DNA of 64,000 nt from Macrostomum lignano (taxonomy: Eukaryota). Below, piece after piece: positions 12,176-23,449 of this stretch (position 1 is the stretch's first letter; each line of letters begins with the position of its first letter). The notes below the pieces were generated by a model, which saw nothing but the letters and a program-made list of their open reading frames with translations, had not been told where the DNA came from and did no database searches. The position numbers and the translations under genes are program-made. The DNA is taken from the NCBI GenBank assembly GCA_002269645.1, contig NIVC01000611.1:159124-223123 (forward strand). The letters run 5' to 3'.

Positions 12176-14333
12176 TGCAGATAATGAAATTTTGTCTATG
12201 GTAGGAATATGCTTCGGCTTTCGGGATTTAATCACATACCGACCTCAAATCCATAGAATATCTTATACTTAACTGCCCGCTAATTTGCATGAAAGTAAGT
12301 TTAAAGCATTAAAGTCCTGCAAGCGGGCTTAAACGTAGTCTATGGCATTAAAAGGCAAGAATAAGTACCCAGCGGGCAAGAGGTCATGGTACAATAAGCA
12401 TTTTGCAGACAATTGCAGCAGGCGGCTGCCGTGCGTTTCACCTAGATTCAACACGCTTAGGCTAACTATAATGTTTATACGGAGGCTACTATTGAAATTT
12501 CAATGCTAGCATCAAATGAGGCACTCGATTTTATAGCGATTCGATTGGCAAAAGGCGACATGTAGTGTTCAAAACAGAAGTTGAACCTTTTTGCAGCGAA
12601 GACTTTCGAGGAAACAGTTTACCAAGTCGTGCTGGAACACTCGACACTTAAATTGAAAAGTTTTGGTTCATTCCTAAGACTAGGTAAACCGTTTGCAATA
12701 AGGACTGTCATGGTTGTGGAAGGTTTTCAGTGTGCACTCTTGACACAGTCAGAGAGCCACAGCCATGGCAGAAGGGCGCGTTATGCTAGCCGTAGTTGCC
12801 ACGAGTTCAATACACAGAACTATTTATTCCAGGCTTCACAGACAAAGTTGGTTTGGAAAAGAATGAGCTAAAATCTGGGCTGCAGGACAGCTCCCCGCGG
12901 GTGACAGCAAATCCCAACTTTTAATGGTGCTTGCCTTCCTGCAGAAAAGCTTTGAAAAAAGTTTTACAGACACGCCAAGTCTGGATTAATGGGCCTTAAA
13001 AGCTAACAATTGGTCATGTTTGCAGGATGGCTGGCGCTGCTCTCGGCGGCATCGTCCTGAAACCAGTACTGAGCCAATAGTGTACGCAGGCACAGCAGAC
13101 CTGACTTTCTAATCGCTAGATTCAGGCGCGTTTACCGCCGAGCTCCCATTGGAAGGGGGCTGCATTTTCTGCTTCAGAGAGGCAAATTAGCTTCAACAAC
13201 CCTATACAAGCCCCCTTAATTCATAGTAGAAGGCAAGGCAAAATGAAAGTCAAACATGCCAAGTGTTTGCCAATCCATTATTACCGTGACAGTTACAAAA
13301 ATACGTGACAGTTTCTTGTACAAGCCAGTTTTCATACCGGATCGAATCTTCAGCCAGTGAATTCCTACACCATCAGCAGCTCTTTGCCATGAAATTTTCA
13401 CCCACTCTCGGCAAGGCTAACTAATTGGAGTGAGTCTGGAAGGCTTGTATCCGAGGGCAAGTCTCCTATCAGGCAGGAAGCCAGTCTACCTATAGGGCTG
13501 CGAGCCACAAGGGTGTCACCTATCCAGCTCTAAACAGGGCCAGGCCAAGGGGTCGGGAAGGGGCACCCAGGGCAAGAGGACCCGGACTCAGCCGGTATCC
13601 CCGGTACGAGACGAACTTCCAACCCAGGACTCCATTCCACTGTCAGGATGAGAGCCGGAGACACAAAGGCAGGGAACTTCCAGAGGAGCCAGCAGATGGA
13701 CCAAGGCTATGGAGCACGCTCACTGAGGCGAGATCGATAAACTCCAACTATGTTCAGTCTTAGCGGTTTTTTCTGTTTAAAACTGCATGAATGCTCTCAA
13801 CTTGCCTAAACTAATCATTCTTAACTATTTTGCTAACCGAAAACTACTAATAGTAGTGTGATTGTACTATAAACGACCTACGATAGAATGAAAAGCTGAT
13901 CTGTATCTCACCTGCTGCAAATATCATCGAACAACTGCCCGGCCGGCCGTTACTCGTAATTTTCTTGTTTTCAGATTTCATTTAAGGCACATTTGAACTT
14001 GTCAAGCTTTTTAACAAAAAATATCAAACAATACATGTAATGATATTTATTTAAGTTATTTAAGTTTAATAAACTCAAACGCTAAACAAATCAACGATTA
14101 ACGAACAATAAAACAAGGAAACAAAAGTTGACTATTTGCTGAAATGAATGGTGATGTCATGTAGAATTTTTTTGTGCTAAATTGGAGACTGCAAATATTT
14201 TGATATAAATTTTGTCTAAGGAGCCAAGTAGGAGCAAATTCTGACTATTCAAAAGACGAATTGATAAGAGGACTGTGGAAGAGTGACTGGACGAGAGTTC
14301 CATCATAGAGTGGCTTAAAGAGAATGAATGGAA

Positions 14334-14398
14334 GAGAGTGCCTATCGGAGAGTGCCTATCGGAGAGTGCCTATCGGAGAGTGCCTATCGGAGAGTGCC
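14334..14398. repeat. 14-bp tandem repeat (CCTATCGGAGAGTG) just past the tyrosinase stop codon
   Basis: About 4.5 copies, directly visible. Confidence 0.9.
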
Positions 14399-14405
14399 GT
14401 CCGTC

Positions 14406-17400
14406 TCAAGCGGCAGCTCCCGGATGCTCAGCCAGGAAGCGCTGCAGCTCATCCTCGAATTCGTGGCGGTGCAGGCGGTGCTGGGGGTGCAGGAAGCCGC
14501 GCTGGCAGTTGATGAAGTGCTTCAGCGTTGGCTTGGGCATCCGGCCCTCCTTCTGCAGCCTGCGTCGAACTGGCTCGCCGAATTCCAGCGTGTCGTATTC
14601 GTAGCCGAGAGCGGCGATGTCGGTGAAGACCTCCTCGTGCCGGATTGGCGGGTAGAAGCCGACCATGTAGCTCTGGCGGTCGTGCCCCGGCGACACGTTG
14701 ATGTTGGCCATGTCCACCGGGTGGGGTCGGTGGCGCAGGAACCACATGTGCACCAGGCGGCTGATCTGCGAGTGGTGCATGAAGAAGATCGGATCGTTGG
14801 GTGCCGTGGCGGCGCAGCAGAAGCTGCCCATAACCGAATTGTGCACCTGCGGGAGATAGGAGCATCATGCCTTCAGGTTCCATTGGTCACCTGGATTCGT
14901 TACTCGTTACAAAGAACATAATCCGTTGAGAGAACATGATACATGCTAACAGAATACAAGTTTTAAACTTTCTAGACAGTCACTTCCAAAGACTCTTAAG
15001 ACTCTTGGAGAGTCATCTCTAAGAGCCACTCCCGAATGGACACTCCTGAAGAGTCCCTCCTAAAAAGTCACTCCTAAAGATTCACTCCTGAAGAGTCACT
15101 TCTGGAGAGTCACTCCTGAAGAGTCACTTCTGAAGAGTCACTCCTGAAGAGTCACTTCTGAAGAGTCACTCCTGAAGAGTCACTTCTGAAGAGTCACTCC
15201 TGAAGAGTCACTCCTGAAGAGTCACTCCTGAAGAGTCACTCATGAAGAGTCCTTCCTGAAGAGTCGCTATTGAAGAGCCACTATTGACTCCCAATGAGTC
15301 ACTCCCAATGAGTCACACACAAACGATCACTCCTAAAACGTTCCCCTAATTCCGTCACTCTCAAAAAGTTGCTAAATCGGTCACTCCACCCCAGCCGTCA
15401 CCTTATTATGCAGGGTGCCAATTTTCCCATAGAGCTCCATGGGGCCGCAGTGACCCTCCAGGTATCTGGCGAAGCCACAGTTCTCCAGGTCCTGAGCTGG
15501 GCGGTTGAACTCCTCAGGATAATAGTACCGCGGAATGCTCAGGCCGTAGTTCACCTCGGCAGTGGTTGGCAGCGACAGGCTCGTCCACTGCCTGACGAGC
15601 TTGCCGAATCGTTCAGCGGCGTGGCAGCCGTAGCAGGAGCCGCCGCCCAGCTGCTGGCGGTCCTTGGCGGACGGCGTGGTGCAGAACTCGTCCCAGCCGC
15701 CGAAGGGGCTGGCCGGGTGCAGTCGCTGGCCGAAGTTGTCGCACTCGCCCGGCGCGCCAACGATGTCATTCTGGCAGACTTCGCACCAGGTGGCGTCGAC
15801 CCAGTCCCAGTAGGGCAGGCCGAAGGTTGTCCAGTTGAACCTCTCCACCGCGATCTTGTGCAGCTCGCGCTCCAGCATCATGGTGTAGTAGCGGTGCCAG
15901 GTCATGAAGCCGGGGCCGCCATGGTTCAGGTCCAGGATGCCAAACTGCTGGCACTGCTTCGCGTCCGGGAACAGGGTGCGACGAGAGGCGTACCTGGGTA
16001 GGCGAAGGTGCGGGTGCGGGTAGTGGCGCACCGGGGAACAGAGGAAGCAGGTGAATTGTGGAACAGGGCCCGTTGAAAACGTTTTCCTGACAAGAATCGC
16101 TAAAGAGTCATTGCAAACAACTCACTGGTGACTCTAGCGACTCTGAGGCGACTCTTGCGCAAAATTTAACGGCTCAAACGCGTCTAATGCGACGTGGAGG
16201 CGACTGTTGAGTCACGAGCGCGTCACGCTTCAAACACAACTCATTGACTCTACAGCGACTCTGGCACGCCTCAGGTACGACTCTACGACCCCAGAGTCGT
16301 TATACCGTCGCACCAGAGTTCGTTTCAGAGTCGCAGACAATAAAACGCTACAAAGTGACGCTTAAGTCCCATCTCGTCGGTTTAGAGTCGTTTGGAGTCA
16401 CTGCTTTCCTACCCGCGTTACCTGCAACGGCTCTGAAGCGACTCTGGGGCTACGCAAGTGACTCTGGGACGCTTCTTGGCCTGGGTATATATACCGTTTC
16501 CATGGGGGGGGGAGAAATATAAGCAATTAAAATAAATATTCGCAGGAGGTTTCGTCGACATTGCGCTGAGGCAATTCTGCCTATTCCACTTCCTGAGCAC
16601 ATGCAAGCGCGTCAACACTGTACGCAGGCAAGCTCTCATACACACGCTCATACAGGGTGTGCTGACTTTCTAATCGTCAGACATGTACAACTCTGTGTCT
16701 TGGTGGTTGGCCCAGTGGGTGTGGTGAATCGCATTGACAAGTCCCTCAGGCCTCGGCCAATTTCTCGCACAAGCACAAGGAGGAACTAAGTAGGAACTTC
16801 TAACTAAGAAGCGGAGGATGTCAGGTGTTGATGAAAGTTTGAGATATTACCGTGTTGATTTATGATTAATCTAGCAACTAGTATAAAGCCGGCAGGTGTC
16901 AATCAAGGCATTAGCAGACGCACCTGTGCACATACACCAGCCAGTAGTGCACAGTGGCGGGCACGAACACTGGGCTCCTCAACGGGTCAGACTGGTTATT
17001 GTACTTTTCAATCAGCACAGAGTACGGCGACATCTTCACCCGCATCAGCCGGCTGATTTCCCGGTACTGGTCTCGCTCAGCCGGGCTCAGCGTAAAGATG
17101 TTGCGCCTCAGCCTCACGTCGCGCTGGTTGCAGCGGGGGCCGCGCCAGCCGAAGAAGCACTCGCCGCAGTCGGCGCCCCAGTAGCGCGAGTCGCACTGGC
17201 AGCCGAACTCGAAGAACCGGCTGGGCCACATCAGCCGGTCGTCTCTGCGGTTTAAATTGGAGCGAAAATATGCTTTGGTGACTAGTGATAATAGGATACA
17301 CGTAAGTAGCGCATAACGCCTTGGGCATCAATATGCTGCTAAGGGGTATCCTCAGGGTGCTAATAGGTATTTGGAGGGTGCTAATGGGTATCTGAAATGT

Positions 17401-18337
17401 CTCATGTGCATCTCAAAAGAAGCGTTGATTACTTGTTGGAGACCATGGGTATCTGGAAAGGATGATGGGTATCTGAAAAGGACTATGGGTATCTGAAAAG
17501 GACTATGGGTATCTGGAAAGGACCATGGGTATCTGAAAAGGACCATGGGTATCTGAAAAGGACCATGGGTATCTGAAAAGGACCATGGGTCTCTTAAAAT
17601 AACCATGGGGTGTCTGCATGAAAGGACCAGGAGTATCTTAAAATGACCATAGGGGTATCTGAAGAGGACCATGGGGTATCTGAAGAGGACCATGGGGTAT
17701 CTGAAGAGGACCATGGGGGTATCTGAAGAGGACCATGGGGTATCTGAAGAGGACCATGGGGTATCTGAAGAGGACCATGGGGGTATCTGAAGAGGACCAT
17801 GGGGTATCTGAAGAGGACCATGGGGGTATCTGAAGAGGACCATGGGGGTATCTGAACTGAAGAGGACCATGAGGTATCTGAAGAGGACCATGGGGTATCT
17901 GAAAATGACCTGGATGTCTGAAAAGGACCATGGCCTGTGGGGGTATCTGGAAAGTACCATGGGGTACCGGAAAAGACGACCATGGGTATATCTATAGGTG
18001 TCAAGGATTTTAGGAGTGTGCTATGATATTTAACAGCCATCCAAGCGCTATAATCAAGTGTCAGTCTTCAGTGACCAATTGTCCCTTAGCAACCCAGACC
18101 GGAGCCACGCGGACACCTACTTGACGAGTCCAGGATGGTAGTTCTCGAACTCCTGGTAGGCTTGAATTCTGACGCATTCGCCGCGGCCTCGGCCGCCGCA
18201 GGGCTGGCTGAAGCCCTTCGGTACGGGGCAGCAGACCGAAGCCTTGCTGGTTACGTTAGCAACGCAAACCGTTGTATCAGGCCCAGAGACAACTGCGGCT
18301 GCTGCAGACTCAGCAGCATCAGAGCTAGCAACAACAT
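14406..18337 (-). CDS. tyr: Tyrosinase / tyrosinase-related type-3 copper protein, secreted (about 523 aa); one apparent 1-nt deletion in exon 1
   Basis: Exons (minus) 18337-18121, 17244-16924, 15993-15402 and 14846-14406 with matching phases. Signal peptide MLLLALMLLSLQQPQLSLG. Cys-rich/EGF block CCP…CGGRGRGEC…DDRLMWP…CQCDSRYWGADCGECFFGWRGPRC. CuA: YVHRY…HGGPGFMTWHRYY…LPYWDW. CuB: LHNKVHNSVMG…NDPIFFMHH. One added base near 18274 joins the signal peptide to PTVCVAN. Confidence 0.9.
15030..15300. repeat. 15-bp tandem repeat (CTCCTGAAGAGTCAC) in the last tyrosinase intron
   Basis: Directly visible. Confidence 0.9.
17380..17990. repeat. 20-22-bp tandem repeat (GGGTATCTGAAGAGGACCATG, variable G-run) in tyrosinase intron 1
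   Basis: Directly visible. Confidence 0.93.
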
Positions 18338-18884
18338 CCCGAATGCTCAATCTTCGACTTTTAATTAACTTTATTGATGGCTCAGCCAAATTTAACTGAC
18401 TTTGACCTTGAGCTGATATTAAAGCAAAAGTTTACGCCTGTTCAATGAATTGCTAGATCACTAGTGAGTCCGTGTATTTTATTAATTTAAATAGGCCATT
18501 CTGAGTAATATAACCCAAATAACTCGTCTCTTAGCACCTGATTGGTTGGGGCCATCCAGTCAACAAGCCGATTTTAGTGTACACTGATAGGATGTACACA
18601 CCAACCGCCCCACCCCACTCTATAACCCTGTTGTGATAAAGGCTTTCTCTAACCCCACCCCAACCTTTTGTCCGCGACAATCCGCTTGCAACTGGCTGTT
18701 TACCACACCCACCCCTGATTTCCTTCCCCTCTCACCAACCACCCCAGCCGCAGTCAGGAGTTGCCGGAGCAGCCAAAAATCATTAACTGAGAGATGTGTC
18801 AGATAGGGGGCATCGTAACTGAATCACATGTACTGCCTACAGTTGCTCATAGCTAGTTAGGAATTGGTCATGCAGAAGCCAGAT

Positions 18885-19035
18885 GTGTGTCAGCTAGTCA
18901 TGGCAGTGAGTGGGATATTTGTGTCAGCTAGTCATGGCAGTGAGTGGGATATTTGTGTCAGCTAGTCATAGCAGTGTCAGATATTGGTGTGCAGTGAGGC
19001 AGATACTGATGTCAGCTAGTCATAGCAGTGAGTCA
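18885..19035. repeat. 34-bp tandem repeat (GTGTCAGCTAGTCATGGCAGTGAGTGGGATATTT), about 4 copies
   Basis: Directly visible, decaying towards the right. Confidence 0.85.
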
Positions 19036-19617
19036 GACACCTTATAATATTCATATAGGATAGTATAGTACATATAGTGTTAGGAACTTCCTGGGTAAAT
19101 AAGCAAATAACTCAGAGTTAGGAATCCATAACCAGCAACAAAATTATTTACCATTTGAAGGTACTTTCAATGACGCTCGTTAAGTTATTTGAAAATTTGA
19201 AAATCAGATACGCGGAATAATTTTGTATTTCATACCGGCCACACCGCGGGACAGTGTGCAATTAATAAAACAGACAGAATACGCCCCCGGTTGAACTGAT
19301 AACAGCTAATTAATTTACGTTATCATAGTTTGACAGGAGCATACTACTATAAGTAAGAGACGCGAACATTAATAAAAGAAATGGGTTACAGAGCTAGAGC
19401 AGTCGCAGGCTAAAAACTGCATACAAAGGCAGATGCGCATAGCGGATATAGCATGAAAGCTGACACTGTCAATCAAGAAGGTGAACTCGCGCTGAAATCC
19501 ACTACTTACTTAAAAAACATACTTTACAGGGCCTATTGCATGAATGCAATTTCTCGTCTAACTTCTAATTTTAGTAACTAGCATTGCGATCCTGGGATTT
19601 GAGATGCCGGGATCCTG

Positions 19618-20003
19618 AAAGGTGAACCAACTGAGTGAATTGGGAACCAACTGAGTGAATTGGGAACCAACTGAGTGAATTGGGAACCAACTGAGTGAAT
19701 TGGGAACCAACTGAGTGAAAGGTGAACCAACTGAGTGAATTGGGAACCAACTGAGTAAATTGGGAACCAACTGAGTGAAAGGTGAACCAACTGAGTGAAT
19801 TGGGAACCAACTGAGTGAATTGGGAACCAACTGAGTGAATTGGGAACCAACTGAGTGAATTGGGAACCAACTGAGTGAATTGGGAACCAACTGAGTGAAT
19901 TGGGAACCAACTGAGTGAATTGGGAACCAACTGAGTAAATTGGGAACCAACTGAGTGAAAGGTGAACCAACTGAGTGAATTGGGAACCAACTGAGTGAAT
20001 TGG
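19618..20003. repeat. 20-bp satellite (GAACCAACTGAGTGAATTGG), about 19 copies, downstream of ZNF207
   Basis: Directly visible; same unit as the array at 21775-22765. Confidence 0.95.
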
Positions 20004-20305
20004 GATCCTGGGATTTGAGATGCCGGGATCCTGGGATTTGAGATGCTGGGTTCTTGGGATTTGAGATGCCGGGATCCTGGGATTTGAGATGCCGGGATCC
20101 TGGGATTTGAGATGCCGGGATCCTGGGATTTGAGATGCCGGGATCCTGGGATTTGAGATGCCGGGATCCTGGGATTTAAGATGCCGGGATCCTGGGATTT
20201 GAGATGCCGGGACCCTGGGATTTTAGATGCCGGGATCCTGGGATTTGAGATGCTGGGATCCTGGGATTTGAGATGCCGGGACCCTGGGATTTGAGATGCT
20301 GGGAT
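20003..20305. repeat. 23-bp tandem repeat (GATCCTGGGATTTGAGATGCCGG), about 13 copies, with a further unit at 19589-19617
   Basis: Directly visible on both sides of the 20-mer array. Confidence 0.93.
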
Positions 20306-20499
20306 TACAAATGTAGGGATCTAGAATTTCGACTGTCGGGGTTTTGAAATTTGTAAATGGGATATGGGATGTGGTTTAAGCTGGCTGGGATTACAACTCG
20401 AATGGAACACTATTCTCTGGAATTTTATACTACAGAAGCGCAGCCCAGCCTGGAAGCAGTTCCCTGATGATGCCAGTCAGCCTAATTACACAATCAAAC

Positions 20500-21536
20500 T
20501 CAAAACACCCGGCCAGAGCCCTTGGAACCCGCGGCAGGAGGCGGCGGCGGCGGCGGCCCCCCGGCGGGTCGCCAGGGCGCCAGCTGGCCGGACCGAGACA
20601 CCGAAGGCAGGTTGACCGGCACTCGGGGCATCAGCGGCGGAGGCGCCGCCGGCGGCATCAGCGGCGGCGGCGGACGCGACAAAGATGAAGATGTCGACAC
20701 CGCGGCAACGACAGGCTGCTGGCTGCCGCTGCCGGTCTTCTTGGCGGCGCCAGAAGCCAGCTTGAACTGGCCCAGACAGGCACGCCGCTCCTCCAGCGAG
20801 ATGTCCTCGTCGGGGTGGACCAGCTTAGCCTGCAGGCCGCCGGCCGCCGCGGCCGCATTGGCAGCCGAAGCCCACGGCTTGGCAACCCGAGGATAAGTGC
20901 TCAAATCCGAGCTCAGGCCCAGGTTGGGCTGCTTGTGCACCGAAGACGAAGCGACCGAGGACGATGAAGGAACTGCCGCGGACGGCACCAGCGGATGCGG
21001 CGGCGGCGGCGGCGGGAAGTGCGGGTGCTGCACGGTGGTCGGAGCCGAGAACGGCTGCAGCAGCGGCGGAGGCGGCGGAGGCGGCGGCACGGATGAGCCA
21101 AACGGCATGGCCACGGGCGGCGGGGGAACGGCAGGCCTGGCGGAGGCATTGGGATGTTCGGCGGCAGCCAGGCGGCCTGATCCTGCGGCTGCTTTTTCTT
21201 CTTCTCCGGCGGCTGCTGCTGCTCAGCCTCGGGATCTTGGCCGCGCTTCATCAACCGCCTGGCCTCCTGGTCCTCCTCTGGCACGCCCTGCATACCGTAG
21301 ATTTCAATTTCTACGCTAGTCCTACCTTGCACAGCGTTGGGGATCTGCTCCACCTTCTCCTTGTGCACCTGGCCGCAGTGGATGACCAGGCCCGGCCCAG
21401 TGAACAGCTTCCTGTGGCACACGTGGCATTTGAAATGCTTCGCCTTCTGGTGATCGATGAGGATTTTCTCGTCTTCGAACTCGCGATTGCAGTACCAGCA
21501 CCAGGGCTTCAGCTGCTTCTTCTTTTTGCGGCCCAT
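20500..21536 (-). CDS. ZNF207: Zinc finger protein 207 / BuGZ (about 345 aa), intron-free CDS, one apparent 1-nt deletion in a G run at ~21124
   Basis: [60 protein letters not shown]…[10 protein letters not shown] is the diagnostic ZNF207 N-terminus. The C-terminal [16 protein letters not shown] motif is present. Adding one base in the homopolymer joins ORFs 20913-21536 and 20500-21114. Confidence 0.93.
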
Positions 21537-21774
21537 CGCGCCAAGTTCAGACCTGCTTTTTAGCTAGGAAATACTCGCTAGGGTCAGGCAAATTGCTCAG
21601 CCAGACTCACTGATTAATGCGTTTGCTGAGGGGCAGCCGGCAGCACGCGGGTTTAAGAGACAGCAGGTCGCGCCTGGCTGATCTGGAATAGGGGGACGGC
21701 GATTGCTCATTGGTCAGCAAGTTCGGGCTAACTCGGTCTGGGACCAACTGGGGGACAACTACGGAACACTGACG

Positions 21775-22765
21775 GTGAATGGAAACCAACTGAGTGAATT
21801 GGGAACCAACTGAGTGAATTGGGAAGCAACTGAGTGAATTGGGAACCAACTGAGTGAATTGGGAACCAACTGAGTGAATTGGGAACCAACTGAGTGAATT
21901 GGGAACCAACTGAGTGAATTGGGAACCAACTGAGTGAATTGGGAACCAACTGAGTGAATTGGGAACCAACTGAGTGAATTGGGAACCAACTGAGTGAATT
22001 TGGAACCAACTGAGTGAATTGGGAACCAACTGAGTGAATTGGGAACCAACTGAGTGAATTTGGAACCAACTGAGTGAATTGGGAACCAACTGAGTGAATT
22101 GGGAACCAACTGAGTGAATTGGGAACCAACTGAGTGAATTGGGAACCAACTGAGTGAATTGGGAACCAACTGAGTGAATTGGGAACCAACTGAGTGAATG
22201 GCCCAATTGGGAACCAACTGAGTGAATTGGGAACCAACTGAGTGAATGGCCCAATGGGGAACCAAGTGAGTGAATGGGGAACCAACTGAGTGAATTGGGA
22301 ACCAACTGAGTGAATGGGGAACCAACTGAGTGAATGAAGAACCGAGTGAATGGGGAACCAACTGAGTGAATGAGGAACCAACTGAGTGAATGGGGAACCA
22401 ACTGAGTGAATGGGAACCAACTGAGTGAATTGGGAAACAACTGAGTGAATGGGGAACCAACTGAGTGAATGGGAACCAACTGAGTGAATGAGGAACCAAC
22501 TGAGTGAATGGGGAACCAACTGAGTGAATGGGGAACCAACTGAGTGAATTGGGAACCAACTGAGTGAATTGGGAACCAACTGAGTGAATTGGGAACCAAC
22601 CGAGTTAATGGCCCAATGGGGAACCAAGTGAGTGAATGGGGAACCGAGTGAATTGGGAACCAACTGAGTGAATGGGGAACCAACTGAGTGAATGAAGAAC
22701 CGAGTGAATGGGGAACCAACTGAGTGAATGAGGAACCAACTGAGTGAATGGTGAACCAACTGAGC
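21775..22765. repeat. 20-bp satellite (GAACCAACTGAGTGAATTGG), about 49 copies, upstream of ZNF207
   Basis: Directly visible, same orientation as the 19618-20003 array, more degenerate towards the right. Confidence 0.95.
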
Positions 22766-23449
22766 AGCCAATTGACTGCAGAAACGATAAATTCTGGAAA
22801 ATGGTTCTAATAGTAAAAATCCTAGTGCCATATGATGAGAAATAGATTGAATGCAGAGTACAGAGCCAGGTGTAGCCCAGAGACAAAGGGATTGATTCGA
22901 TCCACATGATTTATTATTTAAATAAGCTGAGACCATTGACATAAAATAAAATCAATATACTATTTAATTAACTAATCAGTTAGCTTACTGCTCTCACATA
23001 ATTATTGTCAAAGATGAAGTGTTTTGCGGGAGGTGACACTCTACGAAGATTCCCACACTGCAAAGAGTATATCAGTTATGAACATAATTAAACTGTGTTT
23101 CCATTGCAAAAACACAATAAACTCTCACCAGAACTGATCTTCCAGCCTCGTCTACATGAGCAACCCCCTGATTACAACGGCTGTGCGATTTACTTTTTGA
23201 TCAAAAATGTGACTTACCTATGAAAGAAACCTAAGCAAAAGTTGAAGTATTTTTGGGTAAACGGCAGGAGTAACTAAGACTATATTATTAAGGCTAAATA
23301 CCTCGTCATCAAATTAGCACTACATCCATATTTTTTCAGTGGCATTTTTGCAACTTACCTCGGCTGAACCGGGTGTGGCGCACGTTTGTTTATGGAGGAA
23401 CTTACCAGGACAAGCAGCCTGTGGGTCAACTTTCTGGTTCAGCGAAATT

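Noticed and set aside
13390-13740. GC-rich island as the displaced 3' end of the LINE or as a ribozyme
   Set aside because: No recognisable zinc-finger coding, tail or complete catalytic fold; probably a fragment of another repeat, but unsupported.
19558-22942. Long FTQLVPNSLSWFPIHSVGSQ ORFs, and the 20-/23-bp arrays as a CRISPR-like locus
   Set aside because: Units are head-to-tail with no unique spacers, there are no cas genes, and the context is eukaryotic; the ORFs are repeat artefacts.
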